A DNA stretch of 63,974 bases, filler included, from an uncultured bacterium (lineage in GTDB: Bacteria > Hinthialibacterota > Hinthialibacteria > Hinthialibacterales > Hinthialibacteraceae): NCBI GenBank assembly GCA_964449065.1. It is 5 parts of 5 records of this genome, joined end to end, with 100 filler letters (N's around TTAATTAATTAA, not from the genome) between each part and the next. Parts side by side here need not be neighbours in the genome. Positions count along the whole stretch, not along the records: positions 43,480 to 57,755 come from CAYVAZ010000119.1; positions 57,856 to 63,974 come from CAYVAZ010000313.1; 3 more parts are not named here. One strand, 5' to 3'. Below are positions 49,393 to 60,101 of this stretch, piece after piece. Below the pieces are notes generated by a model that was not told where the DNA came from, searched no databases, and saw nothing but the letters and a program-made list of their open reading frames with translations. The stretch's first letter is position 1. The number at the start of each line of letters is the position of its first letter. The translations under genes and the position numbers were made by a program.

Positions 49393-49932
49393 TCACAATA
49401 GTAAGACGGAAACAAAAAAGTAGACAATCATACCCAGCAATCCAAGCAGCAACACCGCGATCAAGATTTTATGCAATACAGGCATACTGGTGTCATATTG
49501 AAGGCTATCGGTCGGAAAAGCTTCTTCCCATAGTTCTTCTTTTTCCGGATCTTTTTCCCGCGGCAATTTGGGATTCAATTCATACTCATTCGGCTTTGCA
49601 TTGACATCTTGTTGCGGTTCGGCTTTTTGAGACCGCCGTTCTTCTGCCTGTGCCTTACGAATCAAACGCTGTTCCGGAGGTTTTTTTGCGGTGTAATTGT
49701 TTAAACCGCCGATCATAAGTTGGGATTTTTCATGATTGGGGTTAAACCGCAGCGCCATTTCATAATAATATTTGGCGTATTCATATTCATTCATCGAACT
49801 GTAGCACAACCCGATAAAGAAATGCACATCCGGGTTTTCTTTGTCGTTTTCATACGCCAGAGAAAGTGCTTCTAATGCTTCTTCATGCTGCCCGTTTTTC
49901 GCGAGTTCTCTTCCTTTTTCTAAATAATCCAT
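49393..49932 (-). CDS. TPR protein with C-terminal membrane anchor
   Basis: Two N-terminal TPRs and a hydrophobic C-terminus. Confidence 0.8.
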   Translation of the reverse strand: MDYLEKGRELAKNGQHEEALEALSLAYENDKENPDVHFFIGLCYSSMNEYEYAKYYYEMALRFNPNHEKSQLMIGGLNNYTAKKPPEQRLIRKAQAEERRSQKAEPQQDVNAKPNEYELNPKLPREKDPEKEELWEEAFPTDSLQYDTSMPVLHKILIAVLLLGLLGMIVYFFVSVLLL

Positions 49933-50008
49933 GTTTCCATTCCCGCCATAAATACTGCGAATCGAATTGCACTTCATTTTACGGAGCAAGATAATTATAC
50001 GAAGAGTT

Positions 50009-50992
50009 TCAAGAATTCCAAATGTCTTGATTCACTAAATTGGGCGGCTTTTTTCCCTCAAAATACGCGATCAAATTTTCCGCCGCGATCATCCCCATTT
50101 TGGCACGGGTTTCAAATGTCGCACTGCCCAAATGAGGGACCAATACGGCGTTATTCATTTTCATCAATTCCGGATGCACTTCTGGCTCGTGCTCATACAC
50201 ATCCAAGCCGGCCCCCCAAATCCAACCTTCTTTTAACGCTGTGACCAATGCATTTTCATCCACAATCGGACCCCGGGACGTATTGACTAATACAGCATGG
50301 TTTTGCATCATCTTGAGTTGGTTTTCACCGATGAAATGTTGTGTCTGGTTTGTTAACGGTAAATGGATGGTTACAAAATCGCTGTGCGTTAACAGATTTT
50401 CCAGTTCAACTTGTTCAATTTCATAGGGATATTTTTCTTCCACATCTTGGGCTTGATCGCGGTTGGTATATAAAATTTTCATTCGAAACGCCGCCGCGCG
50501 CTCGGTTACGGCTCTCCCGATCCTGCCCATGCCAATCACACCCAAGGTTCGTTCCGTTACATCTTGACCCAAGAAGAACAACGGCCCCCAACCCTCAAAT
50601 TTCCCGGCGCGTAAAAATTTGTCTGAATCAACAATCCGCCGTGCGGTAGAGAGGATTAAAGACCAAGCCAAATCGGCCGTGGCATCGGTTAACACTCCCG
50701 GTGTGTTGGTGATTGCGATGCCGCGTTTGGTGGCTTCATGCACATCAATGTTGTTAAACCCCACGGCATAGTTTGCAAAAATTTTGGCGCGGTTTGCTTG
50801 GTTAAATACTTCCGCATCAATCGTTTCGGTCAAAATGCACAAGATTCCATCGCGGTCTTTTACACGTTTCAGCAATTCTTCGCGGGGAATGACTTGGTCT
50901 TTCGGATACACTTCCACATCAATCCCCGCCTCTATCAGAAGGTCTATCGCGGTTTGCGGTATTTGCCGTGTTACATAAATTCTAGCAGACAT
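50009..50992 (-). CDS. D-glycerate dehydrogenase/glyoxylate reductase (D-2-hydroxyacid dehydrogenase)
   Basis: AVGFNNID, TNTPGVLT, GMGRIG, NTSRGPIVDE, LDVYEHEP and PHLGSAT motifs. Confidence 0.95.
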   Translation of the reverse strand: MSARIYVTRQIPQTAIDLLIEAGIDVEVYPKDQVIPREELLKRVKDRDGILCILTETIDAEVFNQANRAKIFANYAVGFNNIDVHEATKRGIAITNTPGVLTDATADLAWSLILSTARRIVDSDKFLRAGKFEGWGPLFFLGQDVTERTLGVIGMGRIGRAVTERAAAFRMKILYTNRDQAQDVEEKYPYEIEQVELENLLTHSDFVTIHLPLTNQTQHFIGENQLKMMQNHAVLVNTSRGPIVDENALVTALKEGWIWGAGLDVYEHEPEVHPELMKMNNAVLVPHLGSATFETRAKMGMIAAENLIAYFEGKKPPNLVNQDIWNS

Positions 50993-51032
50993 TCCATTCT
51001 CCTGTTTTTAATTTTCTAATACTGTATGGATT

Positions 51033-51207
51033 GTAACAGGTCAGCGATATGAAGTGCATATTCAATAAATCGAATCGATTTTCTCATTCCTCCCCCAATA
51101 CAATGGGGGAGGCTAGGTGGGGGTTAAACGCTCAGTGCTTCAAACCCTCCCCTAACCCCTCCCACCTTTGGAAGGGGAAATTTCTCTTCAAGCGGCTTAC
51201 CTATTAC
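51033..51207. mobile_element. MITE-like element, family B (inverted copy)
   Basis: TIR GTAACAGGTCAGCG...CGGCTTACCTATTAC; homologous to 34191-34368. Confidence 0.75.
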
Positions 51208-51331
51208 AAATATAGAAGAAGCAACATATTTTCGTTTTCTTTGAAATTCTGTAAAATCTAGAATTTTAGGACAATATTTATGCGCGCTTGGCGAGTTACA
51301 CCCACTGAATATCAAAAGGGTAAACCGAATT

Positions 51332-52342
51332 TTAATTAGATCTTTGATCAACCCGGTATAGACTACTTCTTTTCTTAGAGGATTTGATGATGGCCTTGCA
51401 GTAGTTTTTCATTTCCGCCGCGAGCTCTGTCATGATTAAATACGAATCCAATTGGCGGTTTGCATTCGTAACCACACCAATCGTAACGGTCATTATGGGA
51501 AACTGGGTTTCTTCGCCTTGCCGGTTTTTGGAAACGATACATCCTTTTTTCATATCCTCTTCATCGTATTGAAAGGGAATCAGGGTATCAAAACTTTCTA
51601 GAATGTATCGGCATGCTTCATCAATATTGTTGGGTTGAATAATGATGACAAAGTCATCCCCGCCGATGTGGCCGACAAAATCGCCGGGTTCACAATAGGC
51701 CCCAACCACTTCATTTAAGATGTTGGCGAGCAGCTTGATCACCACATCGCCGCGGTTATACCCGTATTTATCATTAAACGCTTTAAACTCAACAATATCC
51801 ACATAACACATAGCCGTGGGGATATTATTATCCAACCGTATCGTGGTTTGTTCTTCTACATAAGTGGTACCCGGCAAACCGGTTAGCGGATTGGAAATTT
51901 GCAGCCGTATATTGCGCCGCGTACAGTTTCGAATTCGCGATGCCAATAGTTCCGGTATAATCGGCTTGGTAATAAAATCTTCCGCTCCTGCTTCCAAGCA
52001 GCGAATTTCGGTGTCAACATCACGCTTCCCTATGATGATGATAATTGGCATTGTGTAGGTGATGGGATTAAATTTTAACAATTCGGTCAACTTGATGGCA
52101 TCCTCTTGTAAGGTATCAACATCAAGCAGCAACACATTCGGTATCTGATAAATGATCTGTTCCCGCAATCCCTCTATTGTTGAATACTTTTCTATCACAT
52201 AGCCCAAATTGCGAAGAAAATTCAGAAAAATTGATTCGCCATTTTGCATGCCCACAGCAATAAGCGTTTGGGTTTGCTCTAAGGCAAGGATGCTCTTTTT
52301 TTCATCATCATAGGGATGGCCATTTCCTTGTTGCGTATCCAA
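51332..52342 (-). CDS. Response regulator-GGDEF protein
   Basis: REC domain (LLLD, GAEDFITKP) plus NPLTGLPG, FKAFNDKYG and HIGGDDF. Confidence 0.92.
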   Translation of the reverse strand: MDTQQGNGHPYDDEKKSILALEQTQTLIAVGMQNGESIFLNFLRNLGYVIEKYSTIEGLREQIIYQIPNVLLLDVDTLQEDAIKLTELLKFNPITYTMPIIIIIGKRDVDTEIRCLEAGAEDFITKPIIPELLASRIRNCTRRNIRLQISNPLTGLPGTTYVEEQTTIRLDNNIPTAMCYVDIVEFKAFNDKYGYNRGDVVIKLLANILNEVVGAYCEPGDFVGHIGGDDFVIIIQPNNIDEACRYILESFDTLIPFQYDEEDMKKGCIVSKNRQGEETQFPIMTVTIGVVTNANRQLDSYLIMTELAAEMKNYCKAIIKSSKKRSSLYRVDQRSN

Positions 52343-52425
52343 TGAAATACCTCATAAATGAAAAATCGACATCGTATTATTTCTGTATAGGGTACTTCAT
52401 TTTGAATCGATTTACCAGTGAATCC

Positions 52426-55400
52426 TTAGGGAAATTTCACTTTTAATATACGGTGATTGTTACTATCTGCAATGTATATATTATTTTGCGCATCGACTGC
52501 TATGCCTTTTGGTGCATTCATTCCACCGTTGGCGAAAGCTCTTCCACCACCCACAGTTACATTGTTTCCATTGCGGTTAAACCGGTAGACGGAATTGGTA
52601 GTCGAATCGGTTACATAAATATTGCCTTGCCGGTCTAAAGCAACATACGGCTCGATCCAATTCACGGCACCGGGCACCTCGGCTTTCCAGCCGATGATCT
52701 GATATTGCTTTACCATTTGTCCCGTTTGCGTAAACGAAACCACCCGTTTGTTTTCCACATCACAAATGTAAAGCAAACCTGCCGGCCCCATTGTCACACC
52801 CACCGGCTCACGCACAGCTGCTTTCGCAACCGTTCCCCCAAAATTCCCCGTTTCATCAAACCAAATCACTTGGTGATTTCCGGTGTCGGAAACATACAGC
52901 CGGTTGTTTGGCGCGGCATGAAGACCCCGCGGCGCGAAAAATTGCTGCACACCGGCACGCAGAATCGGTTCCAAAGGTTTTCCATCCGGATCGTATACAT
53001 TGATGCGACCGAAATTTCTGTACCAGGTATCGGTCGCGTAGATCTTCCCATCCGGCGCCACGCTGATACCGCCGTTGGGCCCTTCATAATTGCTGAGCGA
53101 AAATTCTCCAGGCCCTTCACCGGGGCCGCCGATCGTTTGCAGATGATCCAGGTTTTGATCAAATACTTGAATGCGGCAGTTCACCCCATCCAATACATAA
53201 ATCTTGCTGCCATCCGGTGAAACCGCCACTCCGCGGGGTTTATTAAACTGCCCCGGCCCGGTTCCCAAAGAACCGGCTTGATCCAGCACCACAAGCGGCC
53301 GGGGAGGCTGCTCAAATCCGGGAGGCGCTTCTGGTTTTTCCAACGGCTTGATCAATGGCGTTCTTCGGTATAAATCGAATTGCTTGCTTCCGGGCTGCAA
53401 GTTGCCCCACATATCCCGGTGCAGAATATAACGCATTAATGCGTCAAGCGCGTCACTGACTTTTCTTCCCTGTGTTTTAAAGTAAGTGAAAGGCAGTTCG
53501 CTTTGCCCATAGGGCCACCAAACCTGATGGTTATAGCGGCGAACCGTGTAGTCTCCCTTTGCCCACAACTCCAAACGGTCACGCTGATCAACTTGCGCTA
53601 TCAAAAATGGAATATCTTTCGGCGGCATTGAACCGTTAAGATCGCCTACATAGGCGGTTAAATAATTTCGAAAATACCACGAATACGGCCACGATGCTTC
53701 TCCTTGCAGGGCGGCAATCTGCTTTCTCGGATTGGGCGGCATATAGTCTGAACCCAACCGCTCCGCCGCTTCTTCAATTTCATCCACCACCATATTGGTC
53801 ATGTGCCCGGTTTGGGTGTACACCATCAACTCGCGCGGGTCATCGGCATTATAGAAATTCAAAACGATACTGGTGCGTGCCGCATACACGGCAAAAAGAG
53901 CAACAATGAAAATCAACGCGTATTTTCCAAAATTGAAGCGAACTTGCTTCCATGTATCCCCTAGAAACACACCCGCCAGCAAACAAAGCGGCAGCGCTTG
54001 ATGCACCAGCAGCCACGGCACTTTTTCTTCCAGCATCCCATATATCAAGATTGAAAAGATTGACCAATAGATCAGAAAAATACGAAATCCATCCGGCTGG
54101 TAGGATTTCGAAGTTAACGCTTGATTCGCGGTATCTTCAATATTTCGTAATAGCGGTAAGAGGTTATACAAAATGTGTTTGAGTAAAAACAAACCAATCA
54201 CTACACAGATAGCTATAAACCAAATCAACACTACACCCATCGTGTTGTCTACGTGATACCACGCAACCGCGCCGAACGCATAAACCGAAGCGGCAAACGC
54301 GATCAAAAATAAAACAAAGTTAAATAGCCTCAGCCCATGAAAGGTATATACAAAAAACGCCAGGATCGAAACAATGATAGGAAGCGTTTCGTAAATGGAT
54401 AAGCGCGGTAAATAATAGGTCGGCGGCCCGGGGATGCGCGGATCCCCCTGCTGTCCCATCCAATAGATCAAATAATCAATCACTCCGTCATGCATCCCCC
54501 GGTCATTGGCTCCCAGAGTGGTGAACAATACCGAATATACAATCAATATGACTAACAGGCTTAACAGCACAGGCAGGTTGTGCCGTGCCATTTGCTGGAA
54601 CCATGCCGCGTTTTCTTCCAGCGCCCTCCCGAACCGTTTTTGAATGAATGTAAATCCCCAAAAACTCAATACAACCAACGCAAGCAACGCGAATAACCAA
54701 ATATACAAGGCGGATGAATGCGTCTCAACAAAGTGGCTCCAGGCTTGGTGCAAGAATTGAATTTCTAAATCTTTTCCGGGAGGGCGTACTTCGGTTAGTT
54801 TTTGTTTGAAGTCGGGGGTATGGGTTCCGTAATAGACATAGGTAAACGCGAATACCGAATACAAGCCATACAGTGTTAAGATTTTAGTGAACGGCAGCCG
54901 GTCGGCAAACACATCATTCACCGCCCGCGGCCTCATTTCAGAGGGATAACTGAAGATGTGATAGATTCCATAAAAAACCATAAACGAACCAAAGAAAAAT
55001 CCATACATATACGAATTTTCTTTGATGGTATACATCAACACCAAAAAGAAACTCATCCACACCAAATCACTGGTTTTCTTCGAGCGCAGGTATTCCAGGG
55101 CAAAGACAATAATGCCCATCGCGGCGGTACCCATATAGATATCATTGCGGGCAAAGCGCGAAAAATATGTCAACACCGGAGACAGAGCGACAAACAGCAT
55201 TACAAAGAAAACACCGGATGTGCCGATCCAGGGGCGAAGCCGCCACACAAAATACAGCATCAAAATCCCGGCAAACGCAAAGGGAAGGCGGGCGCTGAAA
55301 TCGGAGTCGCCAAACAATAGAAAATGCAGCGCCCCAAAATGATACAAAAACGGACCGTGATAAACCGGATTATAGGAATAGGATGCTAAATCGCCTTTAT

Positions 55401-55557
55401 ACACCTTCCACGAATAATAGGCATGGATGGATTCATCGTGATGAAAGGCCATGAAATCCAAATTGAAGACACGCAAAAAGATGCCGAATAAAACAATGGC
55501 AAGAATCGCCAATCCATATTTTGTTAATGTAATTGTCTGGTTTGATTGTGAATCCAT
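52426..55557 (-). CDS. TIGR03663/Agl23-like GT-C membrane protein fused to an NHL-repeat beta-propeller
   Basis: FHHDESIH, YNPVYHGP, YFSRFARND, EKVPWLLVH and VYTQT motifs; C-terminal NHL repeats (GQFNKPRGVAV, YVSDTGNHQV, YIADSNNHRI). Confidence 0.85.
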   Translation of the reverse strand: MDSQSNQTITLTKYGLAILAIVLFGIFLRVFNLDFMAFHHDESIHAYYSWKVYKGDLASYSYNPVYHGPFLYHFGALHFLLFGDSDFSARLPFAFAGILMLYFVWRLRPWIGTSGVFFVMLFVALSPVLTYFSRFARNDIYMGTAAMGIIVFALEYLRSKKTSDLVWMSFFLVLMYTIKENSYMYGFFFGSFMVFYGIYHIFSYPSEMRPRAVNDVFADRLPFTKILTLYGLYSVFAFTYVYYGTHTPDFKQKLTEVRPPGKDLEIQFLHQAWSHFVETHSSALYIWLFALLALVVLSFWGFTFIQKRFGRALEENAAWFQQMARHNLPVLLSLLVILIVYSVLFTTLGANDRGMHDGVIDYLIYWMGQQGDPRIPGPPTYYLPRLSIYETLPIIVSILAFFVYTFHGLRLFNFVLFLIAFAASVYAFGAVAWYHVDNTMGVVLIWFIAICVVIGLFLLKHILYNLLPLLRNIEDTANQALTSKSYQPDGFRIFLIYWSIFSILIYGMLEEKVPWLLVHQALPLCLLAGVFLGDTWKQVRFNFGKYALIFIVALFAVYAARTSIVLNFYNADDPRELMVYTQTGHMTNMVVDEIEEAAERLGSDYMPPNPRKQIAALQGEASWPYSWYFRNYLTAYVGDLNGSMPPKDIPFLIAQVDQRDRLELWAKGDYTVRRYNHQVWWPYGQSELPFTYFKTQGRKVSDALDALMRYILHRDMWGNLQPGSKQFDLYRRTPLIKPLEKPEAPPGFEQPPRPLVVLDQAGSLGTGPGQFNKPRGVAVSPDGSKIYVLDGVNCRIQVFDQNLDHLQTIGGPGEGPGEFSLSNYEGPNGGISVAPDGKIYATDTWYRNFGRINVYDPDGKPLEPILRAGVQQFFAPRGLHAAPNNRLYVSDTGNHQVIWFDETGNFGGTVAKAAVREPVGVTMGPAGLLYICDVENKRVVSFTQTGQMVKQYQIIGWKAEVPGAVNWIEPYVALDRQGNIYVTDSTTNSVYRFNRNGNNVTVGGGRAFANGGMNAPKGIAVDAQNNIYIADSNNHRILKVKFP

Positions 55558-55656
55558 TTTGGTTTTTATTCTCCCATATATCAGACATTCAGAATTATTC
55601 GTGATCAATCGGTTTATCCACGTATTCGAACTCTTTCCAACTTTTATTTTTTACTG

Positions 55657-55834
55657 CTATTGGATTTCCCTGCACGATTCAAGCATATCCCATACATACG
55701 CAATATCTTCATCATTACACGGCATGAATCAGCCTCCGGGTATTCATGATTTCACGCCTTCGGTATGGGTTACGGATAGAATCAGCTTCCAACATATCCC
55801 ACAAATATGCGCCATCATCTTTTTTATGCGGCAT
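55657..55834 (-). pseudogene. Collapsed HepT/DUF86-MNT-HepT remnants
   Basis: 55834-55715 reads MPHKKDDGAYLWDMLEA (DUF86-like N-terminus) fused to SIRNPYRRREIMNTRRLIHAV (MNT-like C-terminus). 55725-55657 reads MPCNDEDIAYVWDMLESCREIQ* (a second DUF86-like N-terminus). Confidence 0.72.
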
Positions 55835-56126
55835 AAATCAATCTCCGTGTTCGGGCGATATCATAGCGAATAAATGGATTCTTTACTCCTTGCACGGAAA
55901 CCAGATCGATTTTCCGGCCAAAGATTTCCTCTAATTCTTCAATCATCTCCATCCATTCGTACAAACCTATACCGGAATATTCCATTTTTTTAATCAAGAC
56001 ATCCACATCGCTATCCGGACCAAAATCCTCACACAGCACGGAACCGAACAGATAAAACTCCTTCACCCGCCATTTCTCACAAAAGGCTTGGATTTGATCC
56101 ATTTCCAGCGCGATTCGGGGTTCCAT
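55824..56126 (-). CDS. Minimal nucleotidyltransferase (MntA-type antitoxin)
   Basis: LFGSVLCEDFGPDSDVDVL, LEEIFGRKIDLV and KNPF motifs. Confidence 0.92.
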   Translation of the reverse strand: MEPRIALEMDQIQAFCEKWRVKEFYLFGSVLCEDFGPDSDVDVLIKKMEYSGIGLYEWMEMIEELEEIFGRKIDLVSVQGVKNPFIRYDIARTRRLIYAA

Positions 56127-56435
56127 AATTGTATGTTGTTTCCATTTGAAAAATAAAGGAATTGTATGGCAGTTTTAAGCAATGTGAAGTTTTAACGAAA
56201 ACAATCCCGCATCCCCATACCAATGGAAACTATATCGTCTGTTGCTTACTTTGTCATCATTTATTTCCCATTTTCCCATGCATGTTGAAACATCCATAAC
56301 ATATTGAATATACAAGCGATACGGTTAAATCTTCATTCAGTCCTCAAACGTTTATGGCGTATTTCTGCCCAATCCCAATAACCAGTAGAGAAATAGAAGA
56401 AAAATTAAATTGCCGCAATAGAAAGGAACACCTTT

Positions 56436-57755
56436 ATGTTAGGGAAGATCATGCAGTGGCTGCAAGACACAGATCCATCCACAAATCAATCAACCAAAAA
56501 CCGGATTCATGCTACCCCTACCCGTTCTCAGTCTGTCGTTTGGGCTGCCTCTCATCTTCCTCCCTCTCCCCGTTCAAAGCCCCACTTTAATGTGGGGCTC
56601 TCTCTTTTTCATCCGCAAAGTGATGTCATCGAACCGGAAGGCCTGGATCCCCGCGTTCTGTTTCAAACCTACCGCGAGCTGCGTGACTGCGTGCCCGATG
56701 TATCCGCGGGAATCTGGGCGTGGGTTCGGCTCTGTTCAACCCCGCAGCATTACAACTTGGCCAATGGCAGTGAAAGCCAGCAGCACGATGCCCGCCACAT
56801 TTTGCGCGATTTAGACCGCCGCATCCTCACCAATCAATATGAACGCGAAAAGGGTATCGATGGGCTTGTGCAAAACTTTTTCCTTTCCGTCTTCACTTAC
56901 GGCGCCTTCGCCGGCGAAGTGATTGTCGATCATCAACGCAAACAAATTGAAAACTTTATCGTCATCGACCCGGCAACCGTCCGGTTTAAGGTTCAAAAGG
57001 GAACAAGAGAGCTGGTACCTTATCAACTGCTTGAAGACGGCAATTTGGTCAAACTCAATCCGTCATCCTTCTTCTATTACGGCTTGGATACCGACGGGTT
57101 AAACCCTTATGGAAGATCTCCCCTCTCTTCTCTCCCCCTGATCGCTCAAATTCAAGAAGAGTTGATCAATGATATGGCCAAAGCGCAGCACAATGCCGGA
57201 TACCCCACCATTCATTTCAAAGTAGAAACTCCTGAACAAGAACGCGGAGAGGCGCCCAACCAATATCAGGAGCGAATTTCTGCACGGATCAACCAAGTTC
57301 GCTCTGAAGTCGAACAAAGAAACGCGGACAGCAATTTGGTTACGTTTGACAATATGGAAGTCAGTTACATCGGGCCCAGCGGACATCACTACCAATGGTC
57401 GGAAAGCATTCAAGCCGTCAGCGAGCAGGTGATATCCGCGCTGCATCTGGCGCCCTTCATGATCGGCCGAAACTGGGGCACCACCGAATCGTGGGGAACC
57501 GCTCAATATCAACTATTAACCAACAACGCGCGCTCCGTGCAAGAGGGAGCCAAACGCTTGGCCGAATGGCTGCGCAACCTGGAATTGATCCTGCATGGAT
57601 CGCCCTGCTGTGTCACCCATCATTTTCTTCCGCATCATCATTTGGATTCAGACAGCCGCGCAAAAGCGTTCAAAACCGGTTCCGAAACCATTGTCAATCT
57701 CATGGAGAAAAATCTAATCGATGAAGATTCCGCCAGAGGGAAAATCGAAACGCTA
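56436..57755 (+). CDS. Phage portal-like protein (truncated by contig end)
   Basis: GAFAGEVI, IDPATVRF, NPYGRSPL and ISALHLAPFMIG segments follow the portal-family pattern; size is typical. Confidence 0.7.
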
Positions 57756-57855
57756 NNNNNNNNNNNNNNNNNNNNNNNNNNNNNNNNNNNNNNNNNNNNT
57801 TAATTAATTAANNNNNNNNNNNNNNNNNNNNNNNNNNNNNNNNNNNNNNNNNNNN
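57756..57855. other. Artificial contig linker
   Basis: N44-TTAATTAATTAA-N44. Confidence 0.99.
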
Positions 57856-58173
57856 GTTCGATTGGATTCAGGCATACACCCGCTTTGATATGAAGCGTAA
57901 TCATCGTTTTAAGAGTGTTGAGCCCACTCTACAGTTTCATTTTCCCGTATGGTTGCGTGAACGATCACTCACTTTTTCTATGCGGCTTGGTATCATCCAT
58001 CATTTCTTTGTTGTCAGACTTCTAAGATTGGGGGCAGGCGTTTTCTCACAAAGTCTGACCAACCCTCCCTAACCCTACCAGATTTTGGAGGGGGATTTTT
58101 TTTCAAACGGATGCTCTATTACAATAACTAGGCGCCCGGTTGAGCGCTTGTTCGTTCAGGGTATTCATTCGGA

Positions 58174-59622
58174 TTAAGCAAGCAAATCTTCAATCGGTTC
58201 GCCCTCGCCGTCTTTGGTGACGTAGAAGGGGCGTTCTTCGGTGATGTAATAGGTATCCGCCGGGATGCCCAGCGCCTTGTAGATGGTGGCGTACACATCG
58301 ATCAACTTCTCTGGCTTTTCGATGGGCTTCATCGGGTGTTCCTCAGCGGTGGCGCCGTGGATGTAGCCCTGCTTAAAGCCGCCGCCGAAGAAGAGCATGT
58401 TCGAGCAGCTGCTGAAGTGGCCGTGATGGCCATACATGCTGATGTCATTAATAATCAGGTCATCGCCGGTGGCGTCTTCTTTAAAGCCGAACTCTTCCGT
58501 ACCCGCTTTGGGTTTATCCGCTATCGTACGGCCGAATTCGGTCATGATCACAACCAGCGTGCGTTCCAAAAGGCCGCGTTCATCCAGGTCTTTGATCAAG
58601 GTGCCGATGGGGCTGTCGATCTGTTTTTTCATATCGACCATGCGCTGTTGGGCGTTTTCGTGCATGTCAAAGCCTTTAAACGGCGCGTATTGGTATTCGA
58701 CTTCGATAAAGCGCGCGCCTTCTTCGACCAGCCGTCTTGCCAGCAAACAGCCCAAACCGAAGCGGTGGCCTTTGTCGTATTTCTTTATGGTATCTTCGCT
58801 TTCTTCTTCCAAATCAAACGCGCGTTTGACGGGTGAATCCATCATGGCGCGGGCTTCTTCCATGACAGTCATATAGTCTTTAACCTTGTTGGCTTCGCGC
58901 AATTCTTCGCGGGTCATGCCGCTGATGGCTTCGAGATAACTTTGGCGGCGGTCCAAGCGGTCCATCTTCATACCGGCAACCGCGTTGAGAGTGGGCATGC
59001 CCTCGCTCGGTTCGGGAATCATGAAGGGGGCGTATTTCACGCCCAAAAAGCCGGGGCCTTGGTAGTTGGCGATAAACTGCATTTCTTGATCGCTGGTATT
59101 GATGTCGCGGCCGATATCGATGTAGGCGGGCACAAACTCATGACGCCGTCCAAGAGAACGCGCCACCATCGAGCCCATCGACGGCACCTGCACGCCCGCG
59201 GGGAACTCATAACTCGTCATCTGATAATGCTGCGCTTTGAGATGGATGGCGCCGAATTTGGTGTCGGATACCAAGGTGCGCAGGATGGCGCCTTTGTCCA
59301 TCACGCCGGCGATGGTTTCAAGCCCTTCGCCGAGAAAAATGCCGTCGGCCGCGGTGGGGATGGTTTCGCAGGTGGAGAAAATCTCACTGCCTTTCATGCC
59401 TTTGCGGTAGGGGGTGTAGGGTTTGGGGTCCCAAGTATCATTCTGCGCGATGCCGCCGGGCAGCCAGATCAGAATCATGGAATCGGCTTTGGGATCAACC
59501 GGCTTTTTCAGGCCTTCACCGCCCAGCATCCCCCATGCTTGTGTACCCACAGAGACGGCCCCCGCCGCCAATGCGGATTGCTTTAAAAAGTCTCTTCGGT
59601 TTGTATTTTTAGGAGAATTCAT
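58174..59622 (-). CDS. DUF1501 domain protein (Tat signal)
   Basis: NRRDFLK, IWLPGGIAQNDTWDPKP, GCLLARRLVEEGARFIEV and EFGRT motifs. Confidence 0.92.
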   Translation of the reverse strand: MNSPKNTNRRDFLKQSALAAGAVSVGTQAWGMLGGEGLKKPVDPKADSMILIWLPGGIAQNDTWDPKPYTPYRKGMKGSEIFSTCETIPTAADGIFLGEGLETIAGVMDKGAILRTLVSDTKFGAIHLKAQHYQMTSYEFPAGVQVPSMGSMVARSLGRRHEFVPAYIDIGRDINTSDQEMQFIANYQGPGFLGVKYAPFMIPEPSEGMPTLNAVAGMKMDRLDRRQSYLEAISGMTREELREANKVKDYMTVMEEARAMMDSPVKRAFDLEEESEDTIKKYDKGHRFGLGCLLARRLVEEGARFIEVEYQYAPFKGFDMHENAQQRMVDMKKQIDSPIGTLIKDLDERGLLERTLVVIMTEFGRTIADKPKAGTEEFGFKEDATGDDLIINDISMYGHHGHFSSCSNMLFFGGGFKQGYIHGATAEEHPMKPIEKPEKLIDVYATIYKALGIPADTYYITEERPFYVTKDGEGEPIEDLLA

Positions 59623-59666
59623 GTTGTTTACCTCCCTTTTTGTTAATATCTATTCAAAAAATAATA

Positions 59667-60085
59667 CGTCCTAAGCTAATCAAACTGTGCTTCCGGCTCG
59701 GCGGGAGCCTCGCCCTCCNNNNNNNNNNATAGAGGACATAAATGAAATTAGTCAATCCGGCGGAATATCCACAGGCGTACTCTTATTCCTTCTCTTGGTG
59801 GCGGATGTATTTCTTCCTACACCCTCAACCGTGGTGATGACCTATGCAGGATCACTCTATGGCTGGTTTGTTGGAGGGGTGCTAGGGGTAGCAGGGACGT
59901 TTGGTTCCACCCTGCTCGCGTCCTAAGCTAATCAAACTGTGCTTCCGGCTCGGCGGGAGCCTCGCCCTCCAAAACCTGGCCCGGCGGGAGCCTCGCCCTC
60001 CAAAACCTGGCTCGGCGGGAGCCTCGTATTCCCCAGTCTTGCTTGCGCGAGTGGTGGGCTACGCTTCGCTTTGAGCCCACCCTAC
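59667..60085. repeat. REP cluster: 52-bp direct duplication around a TVP38/VTT-like gene fragment, tandem family-A REPs and a GTAG-type REP
   Basis: 59667-59718 is identical to 59919-59970; 31-bp tandem units continue to 60026; the reverse strand reads GTAGGGTGGGCTCAAAGCGAAGCGTAGCCCACC at 60053-60085; 10-N gap at 59719. Confidence 0.75.
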
Positions 60086-60101
60086 ATTAATCACTTTACG
60101 G

